A DNA stretch of 64,000 nt from the human T2T-CHM13v2.0 reference genome, Homo sapiens (GCF_009914755.1 NC_060927.1), one strand, 5' to 3'; counted from the stretch's first letter, positions 1 through 24,436 are shown. Notes: a model not told the origin generated them from the letters alone. Numbers and translations are program-made.

Positions 1-2165
<2,165 letters not shown>

Positions 2166-2553
2166 CTACTGCACTGCCAGTCATATAAAAATATAGTTCA
2201 TACAATTATGTACAGTACATACTTGATAATGATAATAAACAATGATGTTACTGGTCTATGTATTTACAATACTATACTTTTAATCATTATTTTAGAGCAT
2301 ACTCCTTCCACTTATTTTTTTTTAAGTTAACTGTAAAACAGTTTCCGTTAGGTCCTTCAGGAGGTATCTAGAAGAAGGCATTGTTATCATAGGTGATGGT
2401 TCCATGCGTGTTATTGCCCCAGTGGAACAAAATGTGGAGGGAGAAGACAGTGATATTGAAGATCTTGACCCTGTGTAGACCTAGGCTAATGTAAGTGTTT
2501 GTGTCTTAGTTTTTAACAACAACAACAAAAGCTTAAAAAGTAATAAAGAAATT

Positions 2554-2994
<441 letters not shown>

Positions 2995-3021
2995 TTAAAA
3001 ATTTAAAAGTGTACAAAGTTA

Positions 3022-3391
<370 letters not shown>

Positions 3392-4177
3392 TTAGTATAG
3401 CCTAAATGTACAGTGTTTATAAAGTCTACAAAAGTGTACGGTAATGTCCTCAGCCTTCACATTCACCCACCACTCACTCACTGACTCACCCATAGCAACT
3501 TCCAGTCCTGCAAGCTCCACTCATGGTAAGTGCCCTATACAGGTTTTCCATTTTTTATCTTTTATACCATATTTTACTGTACCTTTTCTATATTAGATAG
3601 GTTTAAATATACAAATATTTACCATTGTGTTATAATTGCCTACAGTATTCAGTACAGTAATATGCTGCACAGATTTGCAGCCTAGGAGCCATAGGCTACA
3701 CCAGATAGCCTAGGTGTGTAGCAGGTTTGTGAAAGCACACTATGATGCTTACACAATGACTAAATTGCCTAATGATGCATTCCTCAGAATGTTTCCCCAT
3801 CATTAAGCAGCACATGACTGTATATAGATAAATACAGAAATGATAATATGTATGTGTGTTTACTTGGGTTAGTATATATATCCTAGCTCTGTCTGCTGAA
3901 AGGTCTAATTTCCCCACTCACTTCAGTGTTGGCAAGACTTAGTAACTTGCTTCCAAAGAATTGGATATTGAAAGAGTTTTTTTATATGTAGAAATGTAAC
4001 TTTAAAGTACAGAAACCTGGCAAATATAATCTTAACCAAAGACAAAAGTTAAGATCACCAGTGATGCCATGCTGATAGGATGTAACCTCTGATACAATGT
4101 GACAAGAAGGGTACTTCATCTCTGTGGTATTTTCCCCCAAAACCCATAACTCCAGGCTAATCATAACAAAAACATTA

Positions 4178-5145
4178 GGACAGTGGACATCCAAGACTCC
4201 AAGATGGTGTCAGTTCTACCAGTTTAGGAAAAGAATTGTACTCAATGGATGTCAAAATAGAGGGATGACATGCTGGATACTGATGTGGGATTTCATCCCT
4301 AAAGGCACTGTTGGGGCATTTCAATACAGCCACAACTGGTATTACAAGTATGTCAAAGTGAAGAAAGGGAGCACTCTCAGGGTTTCTATGCTGTTGGCAG
4401 CTTACATGTTTTTCAACTACTGCCTTTCTTACAAGGAGCTCAAACTTGAAAGGTTATACAAGTACTACTGAAGTGGAAGCCAATGCAAAGGACATACACT
4501 GCATTTCTTACTGTGACTTTCTTTGCCCTGGCATCATTCCTTGAGGAATACAGTTGTTATTGAAACTTTTCCTATCTTAATTGAGAATTTATGCCTATGA
4601 TGATAAATTGTATGTGTCAGCTTGACTGGGTTAAGGGATATCCACATAGCTGGTGAAACATTATTTCTATTGATGGTGTTTTTGGAAGAGATCAGTATTT
4701 GAATCAGTAGACTGAGTAAAGATCTGCCCTCGCCAATGTGAGTGGCATCATCCAATCCAATTAGGGATCAGACAGAACAAAAATGTGGAGGAAGGGCAAA
4801 TTCTCTGTCTCCTTGAGCTGGGACATCCATTTTCTCCTGCTTTTGGACATCAGATCTCCTGGGTCTCTGGCCTTCAGAGTCCAGGACTTATTCCAATGCA
4901 CCACTGGCATAAGAACTTATTTCTCACCCCCAGGTTCTCAGGCATTTGAACGCTGAATGAATTACACCATCAGTTTTCCTGTTCTCCAGCTTATAGATAG
5001 CATTTCATGGGGCTTCTTGACCTCCATAATTGTACAAGCCAACTCCCATAAGAAGTATCCTGTTACATATACTTAATATATCCTATTGGTTCTGTTTCTC
5101 TGGAGAATCCTGACTAATACAATGCCCAACAAAAAATAACCAGTA
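4178..5145 (+). pseudogene. Processed pseudogene of ATP synthase subunit f (ATP5MF/ATP5J2); 3'UTR interrupted by an MLT2 LTR
   Basis: Intronless. ATG at 4204 (MVSVLPV*, similar to MASVVPVK). Downstream frame WILMWDFIPKGTVGAFQ...KYVKVKKGS...SYKELKLERLYKYY* aligns with ATP5MF WILMRDFSPSGIFGAFQ...KHERLRKYH; stop at 4469-4471; early TAG and frameshift. Confidence 0.9.
4596..5121 (+). mobile_element. MLT2 (ERVL) solo LTR
   Basis: Start resembles tgtgatggttaatttt..gtcaacttgactggg; end ...ctgactaataca; perfect 5-bp TSD ATGCC at 4591-4595 and 5122-5126. Confidence 0.88.
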
Positions 5146-6842
5146 TATATATTTTTTTAAAAATCAGACAAACCCAAGTTGAAGGACATTCTACCAAATA
5201 TTTCATCAGAAGTCCTCAAAACTGTCAAAGTCATCAAAATAAGGTAGGACTGAGAAGACCAGAGGAGACTGAGGAAGAATTGTGACTAAATACCATGTGT
5301 ATCCTGAACTGGATCTTAGAACAGAAAAAGAACATTGTGAGAAAAACTAGTAAAATTTGAACACAGTCTGAAGTTTAATTAATATTAAGGTACCAGTGTT
5401 GATTTCTTAGTTTTGACAAACATACCATGGTAATATAAGTTGTTAACATTAGGGAAACCTGATGAGAAGTATACAGGAACCTCCCTGTACTATCTTTGCA
5501 ACATTTCTGTAAATCTAAAATTATTCCAAAGTAAAGCTTTTATTTTAAAAAATGCATGAAGCAAAAACTGATAGAAGATGAAGAAGAAATAGCCAATCCA
5601 CAATTATAGTCAGATACTTCAAGACTCCTCTATCAATAATTGATAAAACAGGTAGAAAAAAGCCAGTAGAGAAAGGGAAGATTTGAACAATATTATCAAC
5701 AAGTGACATTTATAGAATATGCCACTCAACAGCAGAATACACATCCTTTTCAAGTTTTCATAGAACTTTTACCAAGAAGGGTCATATTTGGAGTAAATTC
5801 ATAAAAAATCTGTCATCTCATCACAGTGGAATTAAATTCGAAATAAATAACAGAATAATATTTGGGAAATCTCTGATATTTGGAAACTATATAACACAAC
5901 TCCAAACAACTGATGGGTCAAAGAATCAAGGGGAAAATTACAAAGTATTTTTAAGTGAATAAAAATGAAACTACAACATATCAAAATTTGTGGGATACCT
6001 CTAAAGAAGTACAGAGACAATTACAAAACATTGCTTAAAAAAATTAAAGGAGACCTAAATAAATGAAGAGATAGATCAAGTTCATGGGTTGAAAAATATC
6101 AATATTGTAAGGTGTCAATTCTTCCCAAATTGATGTACTACAGATCCAATGCAATCCCAGTAAAAATTCCAGCATACTTTTTTTCATAGAAATCAGTAAA
6201 CTTATTCTGAGGTTCATATGAAAATGCAAAGAACCTAGAATGCTTAAGCAATTTTGAAAAAGAACACAGTTGGAGGACTAATACTACCTCACTTCAAGAC
6301 ATATTATAAAGCTACAGTAATCAAGTTGTTGTGGTATTATCATAAAAACTGACAAATTGATAAATAGAACAGAATAGAGAAAGAGTCCAGAAATAGACCC
6401 ACACATATAGGGACAGCTACTTTTTGACAAAAGTGTAAAGACAATTCAATGGCAAAAGGATAGTATTTTCAACAAATGGTGCTGGAACATTTAGATATTC
6501 ATGTGCAAATAAATAAATAAACTTCAATCCATTCCTCATGATATATAAAATGTTTAACTTAATATGCATCATAAACCTAAATGTAAAACCAACAACTATA
6601 AAACATATAGAAGAAAGCATAAATGAAATCTATTACCTTGGGTTGGGCAAGATCACATTGATAAACTGGACTTCATCAAAATTACAAACATCTACCCTTC
6701 TTAAAATATTCCTATGGTAATGAAATGGCAAGTCACAGATTGGGAAAAAATAATTACAAACCATGAATCTGATAAACAAGTTGTATCGAGAATATATAAA
6801 CTCTCAAAGCTCAGTTTAAAAAGATTTAAACCCCAATTTTTA

Positions 6843-8405
<1,563 letters not shown>

Positions 8406-8652
8406 TTATTCAAATGACTACAAACGGGAAAGACTGACCATACCAACTAGTGGCAAGGATGTACAGGAAATGGAACTCTCGTACACTGCTGCGAACCTAA
8501 AATTGTACAACCACTTGGAAAAAAAGTTTGGCAGTTACTTAAAAATGTAAATATACACTTATTCTATGATCCATCCATTCCACTCCCACATATTTACCTA
8601 AGAGAAATGAGAGTAAGTGTACATGCAAAGACTTGTACACAACATGTTCATA

Positions 8653-9198
8653 CCAAGAGGAAAAGGTATTCAAACTTCAGCACAATTTAAGACAAAAGTA
8701 TAGTATTTCTTCAGTGTAGATTTATTAAATGCCTATAGAACAGGGTTTTGATTTGCTTTTTCTGTTTCTTGAAAGAGCTAATGCAGTTGTTGAAGCTTCT
8801 AACCAAGACAGAACTTAAGTAATTGGGAGACTTGGTCCCCTTGTTTTCAGGGCTGTGCCTATAACTCCCTCCCCACCTTTGGATATTGCTTAAATATGGC
8901 AAAAGGATTTCTAGTTTTTATAACTAATAGTTTTTGTTTGTTTGTTTGCTTGCTTGCTTGCTTGCGGATTTGCATAATCATTGATGCTTACTATTGCTGA
9001 TTCATAATATAAAGAATGACTCCTGTCCTCCATATTTATGCATGTGCTAGAAATAGTATACATGATATAAAGAGTATGAAGTTTTCGTAAGCATTTATAT
9101 TTCAAGCTCTTTATTTAAACATTGTTGAAACATGTGGCATAAACCTTGTTTCATTTATTTAATAAACTAGAGTAGTATAAAATAATTTAAAAACAGAC
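8653..9198 (+). pseudogene. Probable 5'-truncated retrocopy of an unidentified mRNA 3'UTR
   Basis: Non-L1 insert inside L1M; AATAAA at 9161 followed by an A-rich tail; flanked by a ~21-bp degenerate duplication acttgtacacaa(c)atg(t/a)tcata. Confidence 0.6.
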
Positions 9199-11039
9199 AC
9201 TTGTACACAAATGATCATAGTAGCTTAATTTGTAATAGTATAAACCTGGAAACAACCCAAATGTCCATCAATAGATGAATGGGTAAACAAATTGTGGTAT
9301 ATCCATACAATGAAATACTACTCGTCAATAAAAATAACATATTGATACACACTGTGATTGTGGATAAATTTCAAAATAATTGTGCTGTGTGAAAGAGGCC
9401 AGACCCCCCTGAAAAAGAATACTCTATGTTTCCCCTTTACATAAAATCCTAGGAATTACAAACTAATGAATAGTGACTGAAAGCAGATCACCAGTTGAGG
9501 ACAGAGGAGCAACCAGAAGGGCTGGGAAAGAGGGATTACCAAGGCTAACAAAGAAACTTTTGAGGGAAATGTTCATTTTCATGATTACAGTAATAGCTGC
9601 AGATGTGTGTCCATATATCACAACTTATCAAATTGTACATTTTAAATAAATGCAGTTTATTGTATGTCAATCATACTTCAATAAAGCTGTTTTCTTTTTT
9701 AAAAAAAGTATGCCAAAAATTTGAAAATCTAGATTAAATATATTTCTAAAAAAAATTAAAATATCAATAATAACACAAGAAGAGATTGACAACCTGAAGA
9801 CCAATAACCATGAAATAAATAAATAATAAAAGGCTCCCCCCACCCATCCCCACAAAGCTTCACACAATAGCAGTTTTAAAGATGAGTTCCACCATTTTCC
9901 TTTTACCTTTTACTTGTTTAAAAAAAAATGATACACAAAAACCATTTCATTTAAGTAATTATTTTAAGGGGGCCATACTTGTAACTGCAATTTTGGTCAA
10001 GAAATAGAGCTATGCCAGTCATGCTTGAAGCCCTTCCATGTGCCTTCCATAACACAATTGCCTTCTGTCTCTCAAATATAACCTATTAATCTGACTTTTA
10101 AGTAATTCTTTCCTTGTGTTTCTTATAATTTTATCACCCAAATGTGTTTTCCTGAACACTACACTTTTGTCTTGCTATGACTGTTTCATATTTGATATGT
10201 CTTTAGAGACACTCTTCACTTATAATTTTCCCCTATATTGCCTTACAGTTCATCTGTTGAAGAATCTGGGCTGCCTGACGTGTAGAGTCTCCCACAATCT
10301 GGACTTTGTTAATTGCCTTCATGGTGTGGTTCAACATGTTCTGTTTTCTGTATTTCCTGTAAATCAGCAGCTAGTCTCAGGTTCAATCCCTTTGTCAACA
10401 TAGTAGGTGTTGCATTCTTTCACTTGGAGACACACAATGTCTGGATGGGCTCATTTTCTGATGTTATCAGCTGTTGATTATTTTTGCCTGGATCTACTAA
10501 TTCACTGAAGGTTGAAAAATAGTAATCTAATGGTATCATTTCTCTTTTTGAGGTGGAAAAGTTTTATGAAGATTTTGGATTTTAACATATTTTATGAGTT
10601 TTTATGCATTGTAATTGTTATGCTTACTGTGGTAGATTAGAAAATATGGACACAATATTTTGCATATTCTCCCATCAAGAAATGAAATTTAGTTCTCCAT
10701 CCTCATTTAAACTGAACTGGCCTTGTGACATGCTCTGACCAACAGAATGTGGTAGAAATTAAGTTTTACAACTTCTGAATCTAGGCATAAAGAGGCCTGG
10801 CAATTTCTGCTTTCACCCACTTGGAGCACTGTCCTGAGTCCACCTGATCTAATCTACAGGAGGATGAAAGGCCTTTGGAGGAAAAGTTAGGGCACCCCTA
10901 CCTATATTCCCATATAACCACTCACCATTTGAGCAAGAGCATCTTGGGACATCCCCACCATGCTTGAAGTGTAACTACAGGAATTAGCTCAGACTAGACC
11001 AGCAGAACTGCCAACTATTCTACAAAATTATGAGGAATA

Positions 11040-11971
<932 letters not shown>

Positions 11972-12469
11972 ATAATACAATGTGTTGTTTTAGGCCACTG
12001 AGTTTGGGGTGATTGTTACACAGCAATAGAATCCTGAAACACACAAAGACATCTTTTGCCAGGCAGGGTAACTTAGATTGGGTTCCCTGAACATAGGCTC
12101 TGAGAGAGAATTCTGTCTGAGAGAGAATTCTGTCCAACGGTTTGTTGAGGAGTGCTCATAGGAGAAGCTGCTCACAGAAGGCAGTTGCAACTGACATCTC
12201 AGCTGATCCTACAAGAGGCCTTTCCAAGTTGTCCCAAATTGAGGGAAGAAGACTGGGCCTTTATATCTCTGCATAGCAATTATTTGCTATGGGATACCCC
12301 TGTGAAGAGACTTAATCTTGAGGGAATCAGTTCCCTGAGGCTGAGTGCCCATTTTGTGAGGGGTGCAGCTGTGAATCAGTATCTTCAGAAGCTGAGGGAT
12401 GGCTGTGATTTCTCTGCAATGGGATCTAGCAGGAACACCACATGTCAGAACACAGGGTGCCTCTTCTGA

Positions 12470-12964
<495 letters not shown>

Positions 12965-14203
12965 CAAATGGTATTTCAAGACCACTAAAAATGCTTATTG
13001 CGCCCTATGTCACTTGCCCCTTATGACTAGAAACCCATAGGGAATTTTGTTGTTTGTTTTTATTTCCTTTTTGTTCAAGTCTGGCATTTTTAGTAAAACT
13101 GATTGCCTGCCAGTCAACAACTCCTCTCCCTGTGTCATCTATCTCTTTCAGGTTCTACCTAGCCACCAAGCTCCTTACCTAGGAGTCCTCCTAATGACCA
13201 CCTCTATCCCCCAACTGCCATCTACATCTTATCTGTGGATGAAGGCCAGTGCCTCATTCATAAAAGATAATTCAAAATTTTTGTTGGAAAGAGTAAAATC
13301 GACTAACGTTTACTTGGCACTTGATGTTTTGTTCCCTGGGGGGCCATGCCCATCTTTTCTGGTAGCCAGAGGCTATTCCTCAGTAGCCAAGATGCTTGAA
13401 TGGAATTTCTATTCTCCTATAACAAGAAACATGCTCTAATATTGGCAGACCAAAGGGCACCCCATCCAGAACCATAAACTTCCTGGAGCCTGGGACTTTC
13501 CCCACTGCAGGGGCTGTAACCCTTGCCTACCCAGTTGTGTTTTTTCCCCCCTTCACGAAGGCAACCTGGAAAGCAAAAGGAGGACAAAGCAATGAGGTGA
13601 AAGGGCAGAGAGAGAAAAAAGTAAGGCAATAGAGGATATATGAGCACCTAATTATCTATATATGAGCATCTAATTATCTATTATCACTCACTCACTCACC
13701 AAATAGTTCCTAAACTCCTGCTCTGTTCCACACCTGGAGGTGGAGGATGGAAGATAAGGAAAGATTAGACAGAGTCCCATGGCCATGAGGAACAAAATGT
13801 CAACCAGTGGAAACAGAGAAATTAACAGGCACAGAGACTGCAGAGTCCAGGGAGCCCAGAAGAAGGCACATTACATTACACAGCCCAGCAGAGTCCACAG
13901 GAGTGGTCTGTGGAAAGGGGGAATGCTTTTACTGGGGCTGAACTGATGAGGAAGAAGAAAGAAGGAAATGAGAAGCCATACTGGCATTCCCCGCAGATGG
14001 AACATGGAAAAGGGTCAGTCAGTCTGTTCTGAAAGAAAGCTGCAAGTAACAGAAATATGTGGCAAGTCTTGGGCATCCAACTTTTCTTCATGGGCATTTC
14101 TGTAGGTCATGACCTAGGACTTGCTGGGTTTAGCTGTAACCATGTAGAGTTTGAAAAGCAGAGTGTTTTCGCTCACTGAGCCCCAGCTCCCTCAGGCAGC
14201 AGG

Positions 14204-14290
14204 TTTTTTTTTTCTCTCTCTCTCTCTCCCCCTCCCCTCTTTCTCTCTCTCCTGCATGCACACACAAACACACACACACATACACATACA
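14204..14290. repeat. (CT)n/(CA)n compound microsatellite
   Basis: Directly visible. Confidence 0.9.
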
Positions 14291-14750
14291 AAGAGAGAAT
14301 GAGCTCTTCCTTCCCACCCTCCTCCCTGTGGGTACTCAGCTCTCTGGGCTCAAGGACCAGCCCATAGTCCATTTTGTCTCCTCAAGGCACACTTGTTATA
14401 GAGCAGCAAGGAGAAGCAGGAAGGTGTCTGAGTGTGCTACACCCCAGTCTCTGTCCCTCTTGATGCCCCACTCCTGATGCAGGGTTTGTTAAACTCAAGT
14501 ACCACACTCCCAGCTACAGAGATGCTGATGGAAAAAAAAAAAAAAACAGGCAGCAGGACCCACTGGGTAAAGCCACCTGTCAGACTTAAATGAAGGCAGA
14601 CAAGCTCCTCATCCCTGGCTCTGCCAGAGTTTAATAAAAACCATGAATATCTTCCTAATAAATGGGAAGCCAATTCTTTACAGAGTATGTTATATACAAC
14701 CTCACACCCCAGTGAGCAGAGCTTCAGAAACACAGGAGACTCCCCAAATA

Positions 14751-14756
14751 TTTATT
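14751..14756 (-). terminator. Poly(A) signal AATAAA of the PRSS44-like gene
   Basis: tttatt on + strand; positionally conserved in the paralog at 35660-35665. Confidence 0.75.
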
Positions 14757-15495
14757 TAGTTGATTTCCGAAAACTCCACACCCCATAACAGACTCAATAC
14801 AATTTGTAGTGTCCCTGAAAGTGGCCACCAGGGCACTGAGGAAAGAGGTGCAAGAATGGGTTGCCCCAAGAGAGCTGGTGTGGCAGAGGCTGTCCACTCA
14901 CAGATGGATCCACACTGGGCTGCAGGGGAACTTCTCCCAGCCCCAGACTACTGAGCCAGAGTGGAAGTCCCAGGCCTCACACGTCTGCAGGGACCTGGTA
15001 ACGCCTCCTTCTCTCTCTGTGAGCAATCACCCAGCTGGCTGGTTTCACAAAGTCTCAGGTGAGAGCCCTGAAACCAGAACCACGTCTAACGCTTCCTTCA
15101 CCATTGATGATGTCTCTTCTTTGATAGATGTTCCTCCAGATATTGATGAGTCACCGTGGCCCACTTGGCAGGGAGGCTGGCCCTCTAGCTGGAATCGGTT
15201 CACTCCCTCCTTCCCACCAGCCAGAGCACAGCCCTGGTGCAGGCATGGCTGAGGCAAGTGACCAGAGCACCAGGCAGGGGCACTTTCCAGGCCCCAGTCT
15301 CCCTGCCATGCTCTATTGTACGGATCTCCAGAGGGCCCGTGGATTCCAACTGGCATTTGTGGAAAGGGCATTGAGAAGGAGTGGGAAGTTGGTCAGAGGA
15401 GACACCTAAGTGTGAGACTCAGAAACAGCAGAAGAGTGGAATGGGGTCTGATCACAGGGTCACCAGGATGCCCAGGGGCATCACCAGACACAGGA

Positions 15496-18584
<3,089 letters not shown>

Positions 18585-19028
18585 GGATACTGCCGGCGAC
18601 CTCAGCCTCCGTCGTGGCGCCGCCTCGCAGCGGTTTCCACGCCGGCCATGGGTTCTGGCGGCAACTTGGAGCGCCCGGGAGGGACGAGGGGGCGGGGCGG
18701 GGCCACCAGGCCGTCCGAGGGGCGGGGCCTGGGCGGGGTCGCGCCGTGCAGTCCTGACTCAGATGAGTCCTCTCTCTCTTCGCAGCTCTCCGTGGACTCA
18801 GGGCCCTCCACCTCATCGGGAGCCTCCCAGGCACTCAGCGTCTCCTGGCCTAGGGCCCTCGCCTCAGAGTGGCAGCTGTCTAGCCCTTTGTTCACACAAA
18901 AATGCGACCACTACTCTACGGCAGAGCTTCCTCCAGCCAGGGCTTTAGAGTCTCCTTCCCTTACTTGTTTGCAATAAAAATTAAAACTCTTTAACGTGCA
19001 TGTTGCACTTAACATTACTAACCACTGC

Positions 19029-19112
19029 GTTAGAGACGATACTGCTACCTTTTTGAAAATCAACACCCACATTAGAGACGACACTGCTACCTTTTTGGAA
19101 ATCAACACCCAC
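19029..19112. repeat. 42-bp tandem duplication, 2 copies
   Basis: ttagagacga(t/c)actgctacctttttg(a/g)aaatcaacacccac twice. Confidence 0.9.
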
Positions 19113-19433
19113 GTGAGAAAAGGGGCATTGAGACTCTAAAGCAGTAGACAATCCCCAGATACCATCTGTAGAGTTGGAACTGCATTATTTTAAAGTTTTA
19201 TATGCATATATTTTAGGGCTGTAGACTTACTTTCCTATTTTGTGTTCCAAGGCTTATTCTTGAGCACAAAATGATAATCATTACATTTATACATCACCTT
19301 TTTTACTTTTCCAAGCCCTTTTACAGCTCTTGGCATTTTCCTCACCCAGGCCTGTGAGGTAACTGGGATTGCACCTTTTATACCAGAAACCTGAGGCAGA
19401 TGAAATTTATTTCCATCTAGGACTAGAAAAACT

Positions 19434-22206
<2,773 letters not shown>

Positions 22207-22652
22207 TGTATTAGTCAGGGTTCTATAGACAGGAGACATATATATACATACATACATATATATATGAGAGTTTGTTAAGTATTAACTCACACGATCACAA
22301 GGTCCCACAATAGGCCATCTGCAAGCTGAGGAGCAAGAAAAGCCAGTCCAAGTCCTAAAACTGAAGAACTTGGAGTCTGATGTTCGAGGGCAGGAAGCAT
22401 CCAGCACAAGAGAAAGATGTGGGCTGGGAGGCTAGGCCAGACTAGTCTTTTCATGTTTTCTGCCTGCTTTATATTATAGCTGTCCTGGCAGCTGATTAAA
22501 TGGTGCCCACCCAGATTAAGGGTGAGTCTGCCTTTCCCAGCCCACTGACTCAAATGTTAATCTCCTTTGGCAACACCCTCACAGACACACCCAGGATCAA
22601 TACTTTACATCCTTCAGTCCAATGAAGTTGACACTCAGTATCAACCGTCACA
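22207..22652 (-). mobile_element. MLT2A-type 5' LTR of the HERV-L
   Basis: Minus strand starts tgtgacggttgatactgagtgtcaac and ends ccctgactaataca; adjoins the HERV-L internal region. Confidence 0.9.
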
Positions 22653-22659
22653 ATCCCCC

Positions 22660-23290
22660 ATTCATGAGTGGCCCTAAAAGACAGTGGTGAGGGGAAATCC
22701 TGTATGTAGAGCTTCACACAGTACACCTGGTCATCAGCTTGTTGTAAAGGGAGAAGTGGCCTGAGTAAGAATACATATGGACCCTCAAGCAGTGATGAAT
22801 GGCTTGTCTGGTTGGTTGGGCCTTAGAGCAAAATTCAAACATCTGGGGAAGAAGCACATGGCTAGACCTATAGGAGTGGATATAATATGTGTGGCTTTTT
22901 AAAATCTCATACCAATGCCCACCAATGGGTATCCGCTGAAGAGGAAGTACTCAACAACCAAGTGGATAGGATGACTCCTCCAGTAGAGGTCAGCTAGCTC
23001 CTGTCCTTGTCAACCTCTGCACTACACACTGTGCTCAGGAAAAGAGTATAATTGTGTTGGCAGGATTGGAGGCTATTCATTCACCCAATAAAACAGCACC
23101 AGTTTCCTCTGAACAAAGGTGATCTAGCTACTACTGCTCTGAATGTCTAATCTGTCAGCATCAGAAAGCAATGCCAAGCCTTTGATGTGCTACATTCCTG
23201 AAGGAAACCAACTAGATATTTGGTAGGAAGATGATTATATCAACCCCCTTCTACCCTGGAGGGCCAATATCTCATCCTTACTGGGGTTCA
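22660..23290 (+). mobile_element. Older ERVL-class pol (RNase H/integrase) remnant
   Basis: Degenerate similarity to ERVL pol (gacagtggtgaggggaaatcc; caacaaccaagtggataggatgac). Confidence 0.55.
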
Positions 23291-23299
23291 TACATATTA

Positions 23300-24436
23300 T
23301 AAAAAAATACATATATGTATATCTTATAAATAATCTTTGTAAAAATTACTAATTTATTAAGTATTGATCTTTTAATGCACATGCATTTAATTATTTTGTG
23401 TGATGAAATGGCAAGTATGCATAAAGCACTGCTGCTGTACACAGAAGTATGATGCTGACTCAAGAAAACACATGTGCAGTTGTTTGAGTTGTGAACTGAA
23501 CTAGCTGGTTTTATCATGGGACATCATTTTTACTTTCAAAGAATGAATCGCAATAGAACTATTGTTATTTTGACCTAAGTATTTGGCAGGCTTTTTCTCA
23601 AAAATAAACTAAGTTAGAATCTGTGACTTTAAGAAAAATGACTGAAAGTATTTGTTGCCAATATTAAAATTTGAGCTTTCAAGTGAAAATTTGAATTTTG
23701 GAAAATGTGTATGTGCTACCATGAACACAACAGCTTTCCAATAATTAAAGACTTTTCTGATGACACTGGTGGTGATATGAGTGAAGGCAATTCTTTTTTG
23801 ATATTGTACAGTACTGTATAATGAAATGTGTCAACTTTTGGAAAATCTGCATAACTAAGTAAACCAATATTTTCCAATGATTTTACAAAGTTATGCATGG
23901 GTGAAAGGCCCATTCACAGTGAAGGGCCAACTGATTTTAACGTAATGAGTACAAAAGTTCAGTTTTATATTCTACATTACAAAAATCTACCACTTGTCAA
24001 GTTCTGGCAGAGTGTAAACAGTAATTTGAAAAGGCACAATTACTTGAAAAGGCTATTAAACTAGCCCTTCACTTCCAACTGTGTATCTGTATGAGGCTAG
24101 GTTTTCTTCATAAACTTCAATCAAAACAATAAACAATGCAGAAGAGACATTAAGCCTGACATTAAGGAAATTTGAAAAACTAAAAAGTAATACCATTCTT
24201 TTCACTAATTTTTTTCTTCTGGGAAATATAGTTTTTTCATAAAAGTCCGTCATTCATGTTTACATGTATGAGTTTATTTTTATTCTTAAATAAATAATAA
24301 AATAATTTTTTAATTTCTGTTTTAATTTCTAAAGCAGTAAACATTGGTAGATATATAACACATCAACCAGATTCTAGGATTCTCAATAATTTTTGAGAGT
24401 GTAAGGTGATCATGAGACCAAAATGTTTGAGAGCTT
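23300..24436 (+). mobile_element. Charlie1-like hAT transposon remnant
   Basis: Charlie1-type transposase remnant; terminus ...tgagaccaaaatgtttgaga. Confidence 0.7.

Larger units (their letters stand above)
3900..5540 (+). mobile_element. Old L1 (L1MC-like) 3' region, split by a retrocopy and an LTR
   Basis: L1MC-type 3'UTR motifs (cccaaaacccataac...; agacaaacccaagttgaaggacattctac; gtactatctttgcaac...aaatctaaaattattcc). Confidence 0.65.

Noticed and set aside
14809-15409. Plus-strand ORFs (147 and 93 aa) with look-alikes at 35788-36436
   Set aside because: They are antisense to the homologous 3'UTRs; the paralogous copies differ by frameshifting indels and stops, so no reading frame is conserved
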